Origin: Albugo candida | Lineage: Eukaryota | Direction of reading: 5' to 3' | Length of the DNA: 64,000 nt | Assembly: GCA_040437565.1 (NCBI GenBank) | Contig: JBDOQK010000001.1 | Location: 310,001-374,000, forward strand | Part shown: positions 51,373 to 63,660 of the stretch, one piece after another | Position numbering within the stretch: the first letter of the stretch is position 1 | How the letters are laid out: the number at the start of each line of letters is the position of its first letter | Program-made: the position numbers and the translations under genes | Notes under the pieces: generated by a model | What the model saw: the letters and a program-made list of their open reading frames with translations, nothing else | What the model was told of the DNA's origin: nothing | The model's database searches: none

Positions 51373-51553
51373 TCTGACAATCGCACATCCATCGGCAAAA
51401 TATAAAGTCCGGGTCCCTCTACCACGTCCAATTCACTGCTCTCATAAAATGCGATCGTTTTACGGATTCCTTCGACGTGATAATATATTCTCAAACATTC
51501 GTGCCATTTTCCCTCAATAACAATCACTCTTCCACTGCAACCACTCATTTAAT

Positions 51554-52885
51554 ATGACTCGGTAGGATGGACTAAAGTGATGTAATGACACAGCTGATAC
51601 TTTTGATACAGTCTCTCCATAAAGGATTCGTTCGTGAAGGCGAAAAAGGAGCAACGAACGGTTTTCATCGCATTCACTTGTTGTGGCTTTGTGGATAAAG
51701 AGGATACTGTCGATATTTTATTAGCGCTTGAGGGAGGAGGAACAGATATCATTGAGGTACGTGAGGATTCTCCCCCCAAGAACGCATCGGACTAAACGTT
51801 CTCGTGGTAGTTGGGAATCCCATTTTCTGACCCACAGGCTGATGGTCCAACTATCCAACGCGCTCATCAGCGTGGAGTGGATCAAAATATCTCTTTAAAA
51901 GATGTTCTTCTGACTGTCCGAAAGGCGAGAGAAAAAGGTCTCAACGTCCCAATTGTATTGATGGGATACTATAACAATTTCCTTCAATACGACCGGGATA
52001 CCACGCTATGTAAAGATGTGAGTGAAGCTGGAGCAGATGGATTCATTATCGTCGANNNNNNNNNNNNNNNNNNNNNNNNNNNNNNNNNNNNNNNNNNNNN
52101 NNNNNNNNNNNNNNNNNNNNNNNNNNNNNNNNNNNNNNNNNNNNNNNNNNNNNNNGCATCGGACTAAACGTTCTCGTGGTAGTTGGGAATCCCATTTTCT
52201 GACCCACAGGCTGATGGTCCAACTATCCAACGCGCTCATCAGCGTGGAGTGGATCAAAATATCTCTTTAAAAGATGTTCTTCTGACTGTCCGAAAGGCGA
52301 GAGAAAAAGGTCTCAACGTCCCAATTGTATTGATGGGATACTATAACAATTTCCTTCAATACGACCGGGATACCACGCTATGTAAAGATGTGAGTGAAGC
52401 TGGAGCAGATGGATTCATTATCGTCGATCTTCCTCCCGAGGAAGCTGCCGGATTGAGCGCGTGCGCCAAAGAAAATGGGCTGTCTTACATCCCATTGATT
52501 TCTCCAACTACGTCCAAAGAAAGGATCGATGTGATCAATTCGATCGCTCATGGATTCATCTATTGCGTCAGTTTGAATGGTGTCACAGGGGAACGCAAGG
52601 AGTTGGCTCCAAATTTGAACGAATTCATTGAAAGAAGTAAGTTGTGCTGATTGAATCGATTTGTCACTAATAACCTGTGATATAGTTCGCGATCGAGTGT
52701 CGGAGCCTTTGGCGTTAGGATTTGGCTTATCGACTCGTGAGCATTTTCTCACAGCAGGGAAAGCTGCCGATGCAGTTGTGATGGGTTCCAGAATCATACA
52801 AACGATTGAAAATGCCGAGCCTGCGAATACCTCTGGCCGTGCCAAAGCCGTTCGTCAGTTCTGCGCGAGTATTACGCAGCCGTAA
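51554..52885 (+). CDS. trpA: Tryptophan synthase alpha subunit (stand-alone), multi-exon
   Basis: 8-nt first exon ATGACTCG, then ...GTDIIE|LGIPFSDPQADGPTIQ, LMGYYN, DGFIIVDLPPEEA, GFIYCVSLNGVTG, LGFGLS and ADAVVMGS. Segment ~51785-52055 is duplicated across the gap. Confidence 0.9.
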
Positions 52886-53838
52886 GAATTCAAAATGACA
52901 ACTGGCTATGATCGCTTTGACCCCTTCATTTTGCATGACGTTGTCGCTTGTCGCGTTTGACAGTACGAATGAAAAGCCCTTGTGCTCATATTGATCACGC
53001 TTTCTGTTTGCTCTGTGAGGTTCGCTGGGTATTTTCTTATGTATGCGATGAACGTAGGCACCCTTCCTATACATTCGTTGATGTCATTTTGAAGGGATTT
53101 CCGATTGACTCTTGAAATACGGAAATTGAATACCTGCGATCAGGCCATCGATAGCCCCATTCCATGGAGTGGCATTGGTGCATAAAAATTGTCGTGATCT
53201 GATATTTTTTTAGAAATTGGCTGCCTGTTTGACCAAAGAAGTGTAAGATCCATTGGGGAGTCTTCGCCATCAAGCCTCTTCGATCCTGCTGTTCCTTGAT
53301 CAAAGCTCTTGTGTACCATAAGTTCTACCTAGCAGCCAAGTACAGCTACTCTCACGTGCTAATTGGGTAGGCCTCGGAGTATTTATCGCTTAGGAAGAAA
53401 TAGAACGATCGTGCCTTATATTCGAGCTGATGTACCACTAACATCATCTCTCTTTCGTGCAACCTTTCAAGTCTCCACATTTTTGAATGCCGAGGTCTTG
53501 ATCCGATATCCCGCGCTTTACATTTTACCAATTTGAGCGTCATCGGTCAATGCAATCGCATCTGCAGGACATATCTCTTGTAGATTTAGATTGTTCTTGC
53601 GATCCGTCGCAACGCGTTTAGAAGCTTCCATTGCGTGAAGAGAGCTAGGGCAACGTAAAAAGCGGATGCTTACACATAGTAAGTATATTCTACATCATAT
53701 CACTGTCAATGTTTCCTTACTGAGCGGTAAATCTATCTGTTGTAAACTTCAACTTCAACTGCTTTGGCTGTTTAGAGTACAGTGCGTTTACTATTACAAG
53801 CCCTACATCGCACTTTACGGGGTACATGCTGTAGACTA

Positions 53839-55428
53839 CTATGTGCTCACGCTCCTCGGCTTCCGTTTCTTTGGAACTTCAGAGAGTGATTGCGCGAGTT
53901 TCTGAGTGACTGTTTCGACCAAAATATCACAGAATTCGCGGCTTGATATATCCGCTTCAGTACTGCTCTTCATATAATCGGCAACCAGATTTTCCAGCAG
54001 ACACGGCTCCGTTCGATTACCACTGCGATGAATGATTTTGGCAATGTCAAATAGCGAGAGGTCGAGTTTCGCACATAGTTGCAAAGTGAACGTACACAAT
54101 CGCATGGTAGTGATGCATTCTTCTCGGATTTGCAAACGCCGCAAAATTCTGGCATCTTTTTGTACGTCGATCGATTCGATATGATCTTTTTCCGATGACG
54201 AAAATGGAAGACGAGATTGCGGCCAGGACATCCAATCGAAGCACGCCCCATTCAAATGCTCAAATGAAGGCAAACACATTCCATGATCGATCGGAGTCAT
54301 NNNNNNNNNNNNNNNNNNNNNNNNNNNNNNNNNNNNNNNNNNNNNNNNNNNNNNNNNNNNNNNNNNNNNNNNNNNNNNNNNNNNNNNNNNNNNNNNNNNN
54401 CTGGCATCTTTTTGTACGTCGATCGATTCGATATGATCTTTTTCCGATGACGAAAATGGAAGACGAGATTGCGGCCAGGACATCCAATCGAAGCACGCCC
54501 CATTCAAATGCTCAAATGAAGGCAAACACATTCCATGATCGATCGGAGTCATGAGAAATGTGTTCATTTCTGAGCCTTTGGTTGACAAGAGTACATTTCC
54601 TGCATGTCGATCAGTATTGAATAAACGTATATCGAGAATACCAATTTTATGAACCTCGGATACACTGAATCGAAGTGTTCCCATGTCCTCAGCGGAAGAC
54701 GAAAACGAGACAAACTGCTGGAGGGAGCCTTCTTTCAGCAAGCCATCAACTTTCAGTTTGGTGATTTCTGTGACTGGCACGCCACTAAAATTGCCATATG
54801 CCGCATCCAGAAGGTATGCGGCACGCTCGCGGGAAACTCCGTCCCCTATTAATAGTCCTTTTTGAACAGGATGTTGGGTTTTCCCAACAATGGAATTCGC
54901 CTGCACGTATCCACGAGGGTTGTATGGTGCCATATACTCTTCATCTCGCGGTTTGAAGACCGCGAGCCATCTCTTCACTTCTTCATGGGCCTTATCATAC
55001 ACAAAATACACTCCCCCACACCCTTCTGATGTCATTTCCATCCCAATTTGTTCAATCTTTTCTACTTGAGACACCAAACTCATTTCAGATCTATCGTTTT
55101 CTGGTGCTTTTGGGACACTTTCCAACGCATGAGTATCCAATTTGAATGGCAATATGACAACCGACGGACTCGGATGCACTTCTTTGATATCATTGCGTCT
55201 CATAGAGGGTACACGCCATTGTATTGATCCTCGTAATAGAGCTATCGGATTTTTTGTAAAACGATGAGAGAAAATTGAGTGATTTATTATAAATCGATTT
55301 CGCATCAAAGAAAGCGAACACAAATCAACGGGTTGTCCACCAGAGGAATCCACAGCGAGTGTGTTGTGGGGAGTGCACTCGGGTCGATTTTGAGCGGCTG
55401 AGTTTATTTGCCGTTTAAAAATCGCCAT
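53839..55428 (-). CDS. Type II / gamma-class phosphatidylinositol 4-kinase
   Basis: EGCGGVYF, AVFKPRDEE, RERAAYLLD, EGSLQQFV, HKIGILDIRLFNTDRHAGN and PIDHGMCLP. A gap-flank duplication lies inside. Confidence 0.88.
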   Translation of the reverse strand: MAIFKRQINSAAQNRPECTPHNTLAVDSSGGQPVDLCSLSLMRNRFIINHSIFSHRFTKNPIALLRGSIQWRVPSMRRNDIKEVHPSPSVVILPFKLDTHALESVPKAPENDRSEMSLVSQVEKIEQIGMEMTSEGCGGVYFVYDKAHEEVKRWLAVFKPRDEEYMAPYNPRGYVQANSIVGKTQHPVQKGLLIGDGVSRERAAYLLDAAYGNFSGVPVTEITKLKVDGLLKEGSLQQFVSFSSSAEDMGTLRFSVSEVHKIGILDIRLFNTDRHAGNVLLSTKGSEMNTFLMTPIDHGMCLPSFEHLNGACFDWMSWPQSRLPFSSSEKDHIESIDVQKDAXXXXXXXXXXXXXXXXXXXXXXXXXXXXXXXXXXMTPIDHGMCLPSFEHLNGACFDWMSWPQSRLPFSSSEKDHIESIDVQKDARILRRLQIREECITTMRLCTFTLQLCAKLDLSLFDIAKIIHRSGNRTEPCLLENLVADYMKSSTEADISSREFCDILVETVTQKLAQSLSEVPKKRKPRSVST

Positions 55429-57913
55429 TGCAAAGGATCGAGTTTGGATCTTCTACAGGAGTATCAAGCAGAGGAATGCTTCTGAGGTACGTCGCGTTGA
55501 TTGCAGAATGCCTTCGCGAGCGCTCGGCTTCTTTGCCGATTTGTTTGATTTGCGTTCGAATAATTGTGAACTGACTCCTTGAAGAAGAGAGCAGGTATAC
55601 GAATAATTGTAGTATACTTGATTACTGTTCAAGTTGGTAGCGTGGAAGAGGGTGGGTGATGTATACTACCACTTCTACTTAGGTAAGGCCGCGTCAGTGT
55701 TGTATTAAGGAAAGGGGAGTTAGCATAACTTGAAATTGATTGTGCAAAATGATGTCACGCTTTAATCCGACGAATACGATTTGTCAAAATGGTAGAGAGC
55801 ATATACTTGATCTTAGTATGCAATTTAACCCGTGTCTACCATTCGCTTAAAACTCGATAGAAGCTTTTATCGAGTCTAGGGTTAGAAGCATGTAGAAGGA
55901 GAGGGTGAGCGAATGTGTAGAAATCCTGGTTGAAGTACACGCTTTCCCTGTTACGTGTAAATACTTTGACTGTATTGAAAGACACGTACGCGAGCAGCTG
56001 GTGCACTTCGCTATGACTCAAACGCAAGCATCGACGTAGAATCCGCTCTGATTGGTAGATTCTCTCATTTTCAACGTGTAAAAAGTTTTTGTACACTTCC
56101 AGTATAAAATGTACGCATGAAACTTATTACCGTCTGCTAGACAAGGCATACAAGCGCCAAAAAGAATGGTTCAAAGCAGCGCCGAGATTACTGCAGACAA
56201 ATCGCTAGCGTGTGTACTCAAGAGTGCCTGACTCTTGATCGAGTCCTCACATCCCATAGCAAGCAGAACACATTGCTTTGTTTCCATTTCAATTGTTCGT
56301 GTGCAGCATCTCCTTTTTCCCGTCAGAGACGACTATCACAGTCGCATCATCAAACTGCTTCGGTAAGACGCGACAACATAATTGAATCGATCACATTGTA
56401 TAAATCGAGATCCGTTGTCTAAAACGAATATTTTTTTGCGTATTTGATCGCCAACGTCCGGTATATCGACCCGCTTCGTCATGCGCAATCAGTCATAGAC
56501 AAATTTCGATAGTGTTCTAAGGAGTGAGGTGTGGACCAACACTCTGTCGGGTGCCTGCATCTGTCACCTCAGACGCAAAAAAAGCATCAATATCAGGTAG
56601 AGATGGTCAATGCTCCACTTACAAATAGAGCTAAGAGCAATTGTTACGTGATCCGTGCTTTAGCAATTCCGTGATTCGAGTCACCCGAGCAAGTGGTTAC
56701 AAAAGCTCTGATCCGTGTAAATTTGTAAAATGAGCTTCTTGCATGCATTCCTCATTTAGTATCACGGCAAGATCAGAATCCCGTTGATAATAATCTGATT
56801 TAGCCTTCCACGTTATCACTCAATTGTACAATCCACTCAGCGAAGTTCATATTCTGCTATCCTCCAGATGAGTGCTTCTCTCAAACGCCTATTCTGGATT
56901 CCGAGCTCTACAATGATTCCGCAGATAGAGTCAGGACTCTTCTTCCATGTAAACTACGATTTCTCGAGATAAATTTTATTTTTCCTACCATTCCTGATCA
57001 TTGATGACACAACTTTCTTCCTTCTCATCGTCCGCGCAATTTATCCGGAAAGCCAATTCAGAGGTCCCGCTATTTTGAAAAATGTGACATATATACTCTT
57101 GCAAATGATAAGATTGGATTGAGTTCCAATCCTTTTTATCTCTTGCGTTACAAAGATCTGAAGTTTTCTCAATAGGAAACCGTTCACGCGCCGCTGGTCA
57201 TTCTTCTATGGCAGGATTTAAGTGTCGCCAATGTAATGTCATTTGTTTTAAATGTCGTTTCTTATGATGTCACTTCTTCATCAGGACTATACAGCTACTG
57301 ATTGGTTAACCCGATGATGCATTTCACAGTCGACAAAAGAATTGCCAAGAATAAAACTGGATAATAGATGAAGAGCGCCTTTCGACCCGTGCCCACTTCT
57401 TATATTGGTGCCGATGAAGAGAATACTAGTCACGCTGATGTGTCTGAGAAGCGCAAANNNNNNNNNNNNNNNNNNNNNNNNNNNNNNNNNNNNNNNNNNN
57501 NNNNNNNNNNNNNNNNNNNNNNNNNNNNNNNNNNNNNNNNNNNNNNNNNNNNNNNNNAACTTTACAGGCTCGCTGGAGACAAAAATCCAGCAGTGAGAAG
57601 TTTTGAGATCGCTAGGCTTATACATTCTATGACACGTGCCGTCTAAGACGAGTTTACGATTAGCAGGAGACATGCGGAAGCAACTGGTAGGTGAAAAACG
57701 ATGAGATCTGGGCTTTTCCGATCGCGAAAATAATTTCGCGTAGCAACAAAGTATTGCAGGTTACTGCCCCATGTATCCCTGTTATTGTAGCATAATACCT
57801 ATGACTCACACATTATACATTATTTGATTGTCATTGCATTGTTGGACGGAATGATATATCTATTATCGCAAGCATTCCATCGACAGCATCTTGTGATTAG
57901 ACTCGGGTTCTCT

Positions 57914-58156
57914 TTTTTTTTTTTTTGTCAAGGATTTCATTACACTGTTTATCTGGTTTTTTAACTACCTTCCTTATCCTATCATGAGTACTTGACCGTG
58001 TGAATATCACTTAAGTCTGACTTCAAACCTAGGGAGGCAGATATTTTCCAAGCTTANNNNNNNNNNNNNNNNNNNNNNNNNNNNNNNNNNNNNNNNNNNN
58101 NNNNNNNNNNNNNNNNNNNNNNNNNNNNNNNNNNNNNNNNNNNNNNNNNNNNNNNN
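57914..58156 (-). mobile_element. SINE-like retroposon, copy 1 (3' part visible, poly(A) tail, TSD)
   Basis: Poly(T) at ~57913-57926 abuts a ~130-bp body shared with 63661-63925. Direct repeat TTAGACTCGGGTTCTCT at 57897-57913 and 58157-58173. Confidence 0.7.
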
Positions 58157-58656
58157 TTAGACTCGGGTTCTCTTGATCCATTGCACAGAGCATCCAACGA
58201 GTTTTTGCAGTGGAAAGAAAAACAATGCATTTCTGCTGAAGTGCTGAGTACATGAATTTTACGATGATACTATCGACTATCTCGCTGATGCCTGTCACCA
58301 GATAGAACAGGCACATGGATTGCCTGATCTTCATTTCTGAGTCAAACGAATAGGTAGGTCTTTATCGATATTCCTTGATACTCTCCTTCGGTGAATGTTT
58401 TGCTCGCGACAAATGCGAACAGTGAAAAGCCAAGCTCAATAAAATCTCAGCCAATTGTGTGAACAGAAAGATCTCCGTATCATATCGCTCAGTATTCAAA
58501 TCTGCAATCGCATTCTTCTGGGTTCGAGCTACCGGGTAGTGAAGATCAAATACGGAAAGCATGACTCTCCTTCCGATCCACTTCCAGAGGGTACTAAATT
58601 TCAAGTTTCTTCAGATCGTTTAATAGCGAAGCTGTGAAGCATACGGTACAGCTGTA

Positions 58657-58710
58657 GAACAGATAACAGGAATAACAGGAAGAACAGAAATAACAGAAAT
58701 AACAGAAATT
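58657..58710 (+). repeat. Imperfect 9-bp tandem repeat (AATAACAGR) just upstream of the CRN ATG
   Basis: gaacagataacaggaataacaggaagaacagaaataacagaaataacagaaat. Confidence 0.7.
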
Positions 58711-58734
58711 TTTAAAGAAGAAAAAGAAAGAGCA

Positions 58735-60478
58735 ATGGTGGAGTTGATCCTGATGTGTCTTATCGTTGGTGATGGAGGGGTACTTGCTTGCAAGATCGAT
58801 GGTGGTAGGCACGTATATTTTCTGAAAGAAGAAATCGGGAAGGAGATGGCGAATACATTACAGTGTGCCGCCTGTGAGCTGAACCTTTATTTGGCGAAGA
58901 AAAACGGCGATTTTCTCAGTTCTGACGACGCTGTTTCTCGCAGAATTATCCAAAGAAGACTGTCCGCAAAAAATCAAAGGTTCTTACATGAATGCGGAAA
59001 CTTTCATGAATTCGTCCCGCCGGTTGCATCGGTTTTTTGATAACAACTATCAAGTCGAAGGTGTCATCCATGTGCTGGTTCAATTGCCAGCAGATGCTTG
59101 GAAGCGACAAAAAGTACGTCAAGATATTTCCTGGGTATATGAGAAGAAATTGCGAGATGTGGACATGAGTGCTCTTACTACGCCTGAAAAAATGGAAGCA
59201 TTTATTTCATCCCCCTTACCTATAAAATATCCGACTGATGAAAAAGCATTAATTGACGAGTGTCCGGAGGTTTTCGAGCATTCCGAAGACCAATTCGTCA
59301 AAGCAAATGTATTTGAAAATGCTCTCAATCGACGTTTTACGTTTTGTGATGATGGAAGAGCAAATATTCCAAATATTTTATGGTGGGATATGCTGATTCG
59401 AACTCCGATCGAAGATACGGCATTTATCCTAGGAATGCACATTAAAGTTGGTAGAAAAGAAACAGATGGATCACCTACGATATATACAAAGCAACCAAAC
59501 TTCCTGCTATGGCTAATGGGTGTTTTTGTAATGAGAGGAGAAGAAAGAGGATCTATGGGGGAATTTGGCTTAGCCAAGGAGGAACTGGTTTTAAAAATGG
59601 AAAGAATGCACTTGTCCATGTTTGGACAAATGCCGTTTCTATTCACATATGCCGCGGCCAATTCATTGGTGCAATTTTTTACCATAGATCGTTCATTGAA
59701 TGTCTACCCAATATCACAGCTGCTCGATTTAAAAATTTTGAAAGATCGTATTCGATGTGTTGTATCATCCATCAACATTTGTCGGATTCTCAACCACTAC
59801 CCACCTCTATTACTACGCGGATTTTTGCCAATGTACAAGAAAATGTCGAGAAACAACGGAAGTGTTACACTTTACGAAGATTACTTGTTGAAAAGACTCC
59901 ATTATGACCTTTACGATTCTGAAGCAGTGATGGCTATTTATGAAGCAATAGGGCGGAAACAAATTCAATGTGCTGTTCGTTGCCACTACGATAGACAAAA
60001 GCGAACGTTAAAATTGCGACCAGTCGGTTTTACGAAACTACCAAGCAATGATTCGGAGCTGATAGTGGCGTTGATTTGTGTCGCTCGTGCTCTTGTTGGT
60101 TTGCATGCCCTCGGATATGTTCATAGGGATGTCCGCTGGCCAAATATTTTGTGTTTGGGAGACGATGCCTACATTTTGGCTGATTTTGAAAATGCAGGAC
60201 GCGATGGCGACCGGATGCCTGATGATTTATTAGAGTCGCGAGTACTCGACCCCTTGGTAAAGTCTAAGGCTTATGGGCATGTGTATCGGGCTTGCCATGA
60301 TATGTATCAGTTTGGTTTACTGATTACTGATACCAGCGATCCATCGCTAAAGCAATTACAGATGAATTTGAAGAGTGATAATGCTGAAGAAAGATATACA
60401 GCAGAAGGAGCGCTGAATTTACTTTCAAACTTGCATCAAAAAGTGCAAGATGATCGTCCGGATGCAATTGAGCAATGA
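58735..60478 (+). pseudogene. CRN: Crinkler (CRN) effector with REase-like + protein kinase C-terminus, frameshifted near 58936
   Basis: N-terminus MVELILMCLIVGDG...LKEEI...LNLYLAKK..FLSSDD. The HVLVQLP motif and kinase motifs HRDVRWPNIL/LADFE are in a different frame. No plausible intron at the frame change. Confidence 0.8.
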
Positions 60479-61248
60479 GTTCGGCGTCGTCGTAAAATGC
60501 TGGAAACAGCAAACGAAATTGGTTAGGCCGTTTCGCGTTATTTATATGTGCGTTTTCCATTTTCGCTGCTCAGAATCATTGGTTAGTGTTTTCTGTGACT
60601 AACAATCTTTGACTTGACCCTGAAATACGAGTGTACTGGCTTATTTTGTTGTCTGAATGCATGAATGCTGCTGTTGTTCTGATTGTCTAAGACTACTACA
60701 CGTACATATGGCATAGGATGAAACTTGCGTGACTGCATTTTTAAATGGGATATTCTGAGACTTGCCCAAAGTTTTGGTTACGAACAACAAAGTTCAGTGC
60801 TTCATTTATTTGAAAAAAAGCGTTCCGTGTGAGACTCAATTCAATATTACCATAACTCTTCAAGGGAAGGAAATTGCGGAGCGTTCTAACTGCACGAAGG
60901 ACTCATAATCAATCCTTCTGTCTCATCAAGAATTCCACCGCCGGTTGCTGTGAACCGGCGCCAACAAAACATGTGTATCAAAGAGGTATGCGTTGGCTTA
61001 TTTGCCTGAAAACCCACTACTGGATTTCGTAACACGCTAAACTATCACTTCGTCTTGTGTAGCAGCACGATCGAACGAATGTCGCAGAAACAACCACATA
61101 TTCCAAAGGGTAAGGGTTTGATAGATTGGTGTGCAATAGGTTATATATGGGACAACTTAATAACTAATCAACAACCTTTTTTAACTATCATTTTTTTTTT
61201 TAAAAAAAAAATGTCATGCAATAGATATAGGTGCTATGACACCTTATT

Positions 61249-62757
61249 TTGGGGGATGTGCGTAGTTCAGCAATCACGTTGCTATACAAAAAAGGATCCC
61301 GTGCTGATCCTGGCAACNNNNNNNNNNNNNNNNNNNNNNNNNNNNNNNNNNNNNNNNNNNNNNNNNNNNNNNNNNNNNNNNNNNNNNNNNNNNNNNNNNN
61401 NNNNNNNNNNNNNNNNNAACTGGACACTTCGTGGAATGCAGATCACACGCTGAATTTTTGCCCGATTTTGGGCCACTCGATATCCTCACGATATCACCAC
61501 GTCGGCATAGGACCATGGTGCACTGGAATATAACGTCACCATGGTGGAAGAAGACATGTATTTGGTTACACCAAAGTCATTGGGATCTTACCAACAATGA
61601 ACTATCACAACAGGACCAATTTCTCACGATGTTGGATGCTCCCATATGGCTTCATATCGTCCCTCATCTGCAATTTGAGAAGAGACGACGGTCAACGAGT
61701 GTCGCTGCGCATCGTCGATGTCGGCGAATGGTGCCCAAACCAGCGCGTAGTTTTCAGATGCGAGCGTTTCAAATACGGTCTGTACGGGACTTGTTTGGTG
61801 GAAGAACGGACTGGTTCATCTCTGATCTCGAATTCATTTTGCGTTTTAGTACAACGGAGGTTGGGCAGCCGTCCTATCAGTCTCAATCGAAGTCTTTACG
61901 CCGGTTGTAGGTCGAAGCAACGCAAATTCTGCGACGAGCTCAACCAGCTGGCGTATTACGCTGTTCCGTAAGGGAAATGGCACACGCTTATCCGGTTCAA
62001 TTTGGCATTCAACTCTCGGACAAGAAGGGTTTCTGCCGATGATACCTCGAAATAAACTTTATCGAGTCGTTGGGAAGGCATTGCCACCGGATAAACCACA
62101 CCCAATGTTGCTTCACGTATCAGAACGTGATCGAAGTGGGACGTCAACATGGGTGAAAGATTTTTACAAGTTATTCAAACGTCTTCGCAGACGTTTGCTA
62201 CGGATCAATTCGGATGTCTGGTTCCGACTATCCTTCTGTATCCTACCAGTTCGAGCACGATTTTGGTTTTTACAACAATCACATCCAGAAATCATCCTGT
62301 GCACTCAGAAGCATTGTGGTGTTGTCGAAAGCTACCAGCATTTGTTTTTCGACAGCAACAGGACACGTCCAGTTTGGGAAGAGCTCTTTTCGTCGTGGAC
62401 AATACTTTTTCTGTTCGCCCGCGATGGTCACACATCGCGTGTGCACGGATTCCTGCTCCTCGTGATGCGTGGAAGCCTTTTCGAATGGTGCTGGAGGATC
62501 TTTGGTTTACATTAGTCGCGGTCGCGATTCATTTTATTTGGACGGATCGGAATCGCAGACTTTTCGCCCACGGCACTTCGACGCCAACTGCCCCAGCTGT
62601 TTCGGCAATTTATAGCACACTGAGTGTCCATATCCGATATTTTCAACGGCAGTGCTATGATACGGAGCAGCTCGAGCAGTTGACACAAGTACTAGCGTCT
62701 TATCAACATACTGGTTCAGCCAGGAGATATTTCTCTACTCGGCCCAGCCTGCTTTAA
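61249..62757 (+). mobile_element. Degenerate non-LTR retrotransposon (L1/Tx1-like) ORF2 remnant
   Basis: ITLLYKKGSRADPGN (the motif preceding RT, normally ..NYRPI) just before the gap. After the gap, frameshifted C-terminal zf-RVT-like LPVRAR...C..KHCGVVESYQHLFF...VW and IHFIWTDRNRRLF. Confidence 0.8.
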
Positions 62758-63660
62758 GTTCGACACCGTCAACGATTCTAAGTCGGTGATTCGTGGCGTT
62801 TCTAACACAGTACTATCTTATTCCAGTCGCTGAACCTAGCTACGGCTTTCTAGACCAAAATTGCATTCATTTTGTTTATTTATTGTAGTTTAGGCATTAG
62901 AGAAGTCATTTACGTCTAATTCTAGTAATCTAGACAACTTCAACTAGGTTCTATATGGCCGAGGGTTATTATTCCAAATTGCAGTAGTCTCTTGCACTCC
63001 CTTGTAAAGATGCACTGGAATGTGGCTGTTAGAATCATGACAGGAAGAAGCGATATGTACAGCAATAGAAAAGAACAAGGGTACATTTCAGTGGCTTTTT
63101 AGTATATAGTAAACATATGCAGCAAAAATGAAGCTTTTGGCACCCCTCGATGCCGACCGTGCAAGATAATACTGCTTGAATGTCAACGGTGTAAACGTCA
63201 ACTGAAAAAATATATAATCGGATAACTTTATTCTCCCCACTGAATGGTCATTTCCCAACACTAAACCCAAAGACATCGATGTCGTGCATCGAAGTGTCAA
63301 TAAACCAGAATTCCTGCTGTATATTAGCGCACCGAGAAATCATACCAATCTGGAAGTTGTAGCGATACAGATTCTAGCTCGATACAGAGTACATGCGTTT
63401 ACTTGGTTCTCCCTCTGTATGACACGTTATCAGACGATGGAGTGAACCAGACGTATTCCGTTATGACTTCGTTGAAACCTTGAAGGTTAACTATATTGCT
63501 TAAGATCTCCAATCGTTGTAGCCGTGTTTACAAGTTGCAGCTTAGCTGACCTCCTCCATATACGACTTGAAGGTATCATCAACTTCCATGATGGAATTTA
63601 TCGACAATAGATACACCTGAGTTGCAACTCACGACGTTATCAATAGTACTGTTCTAGATT

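Noticed and set aside
52900-53600. Possible TrpB exon or separate small gene downstream of TrpA
   Set aside because: No TrpB motifs in the plus-strand frames examined; minus-strand ORFs are short and interrupted by stops.
61189-61213. CA-T11-A10-TG palindrome before the LINE remnant
   Set aside because: Low-complexity homopolymer junction with no TSD or other support for function.
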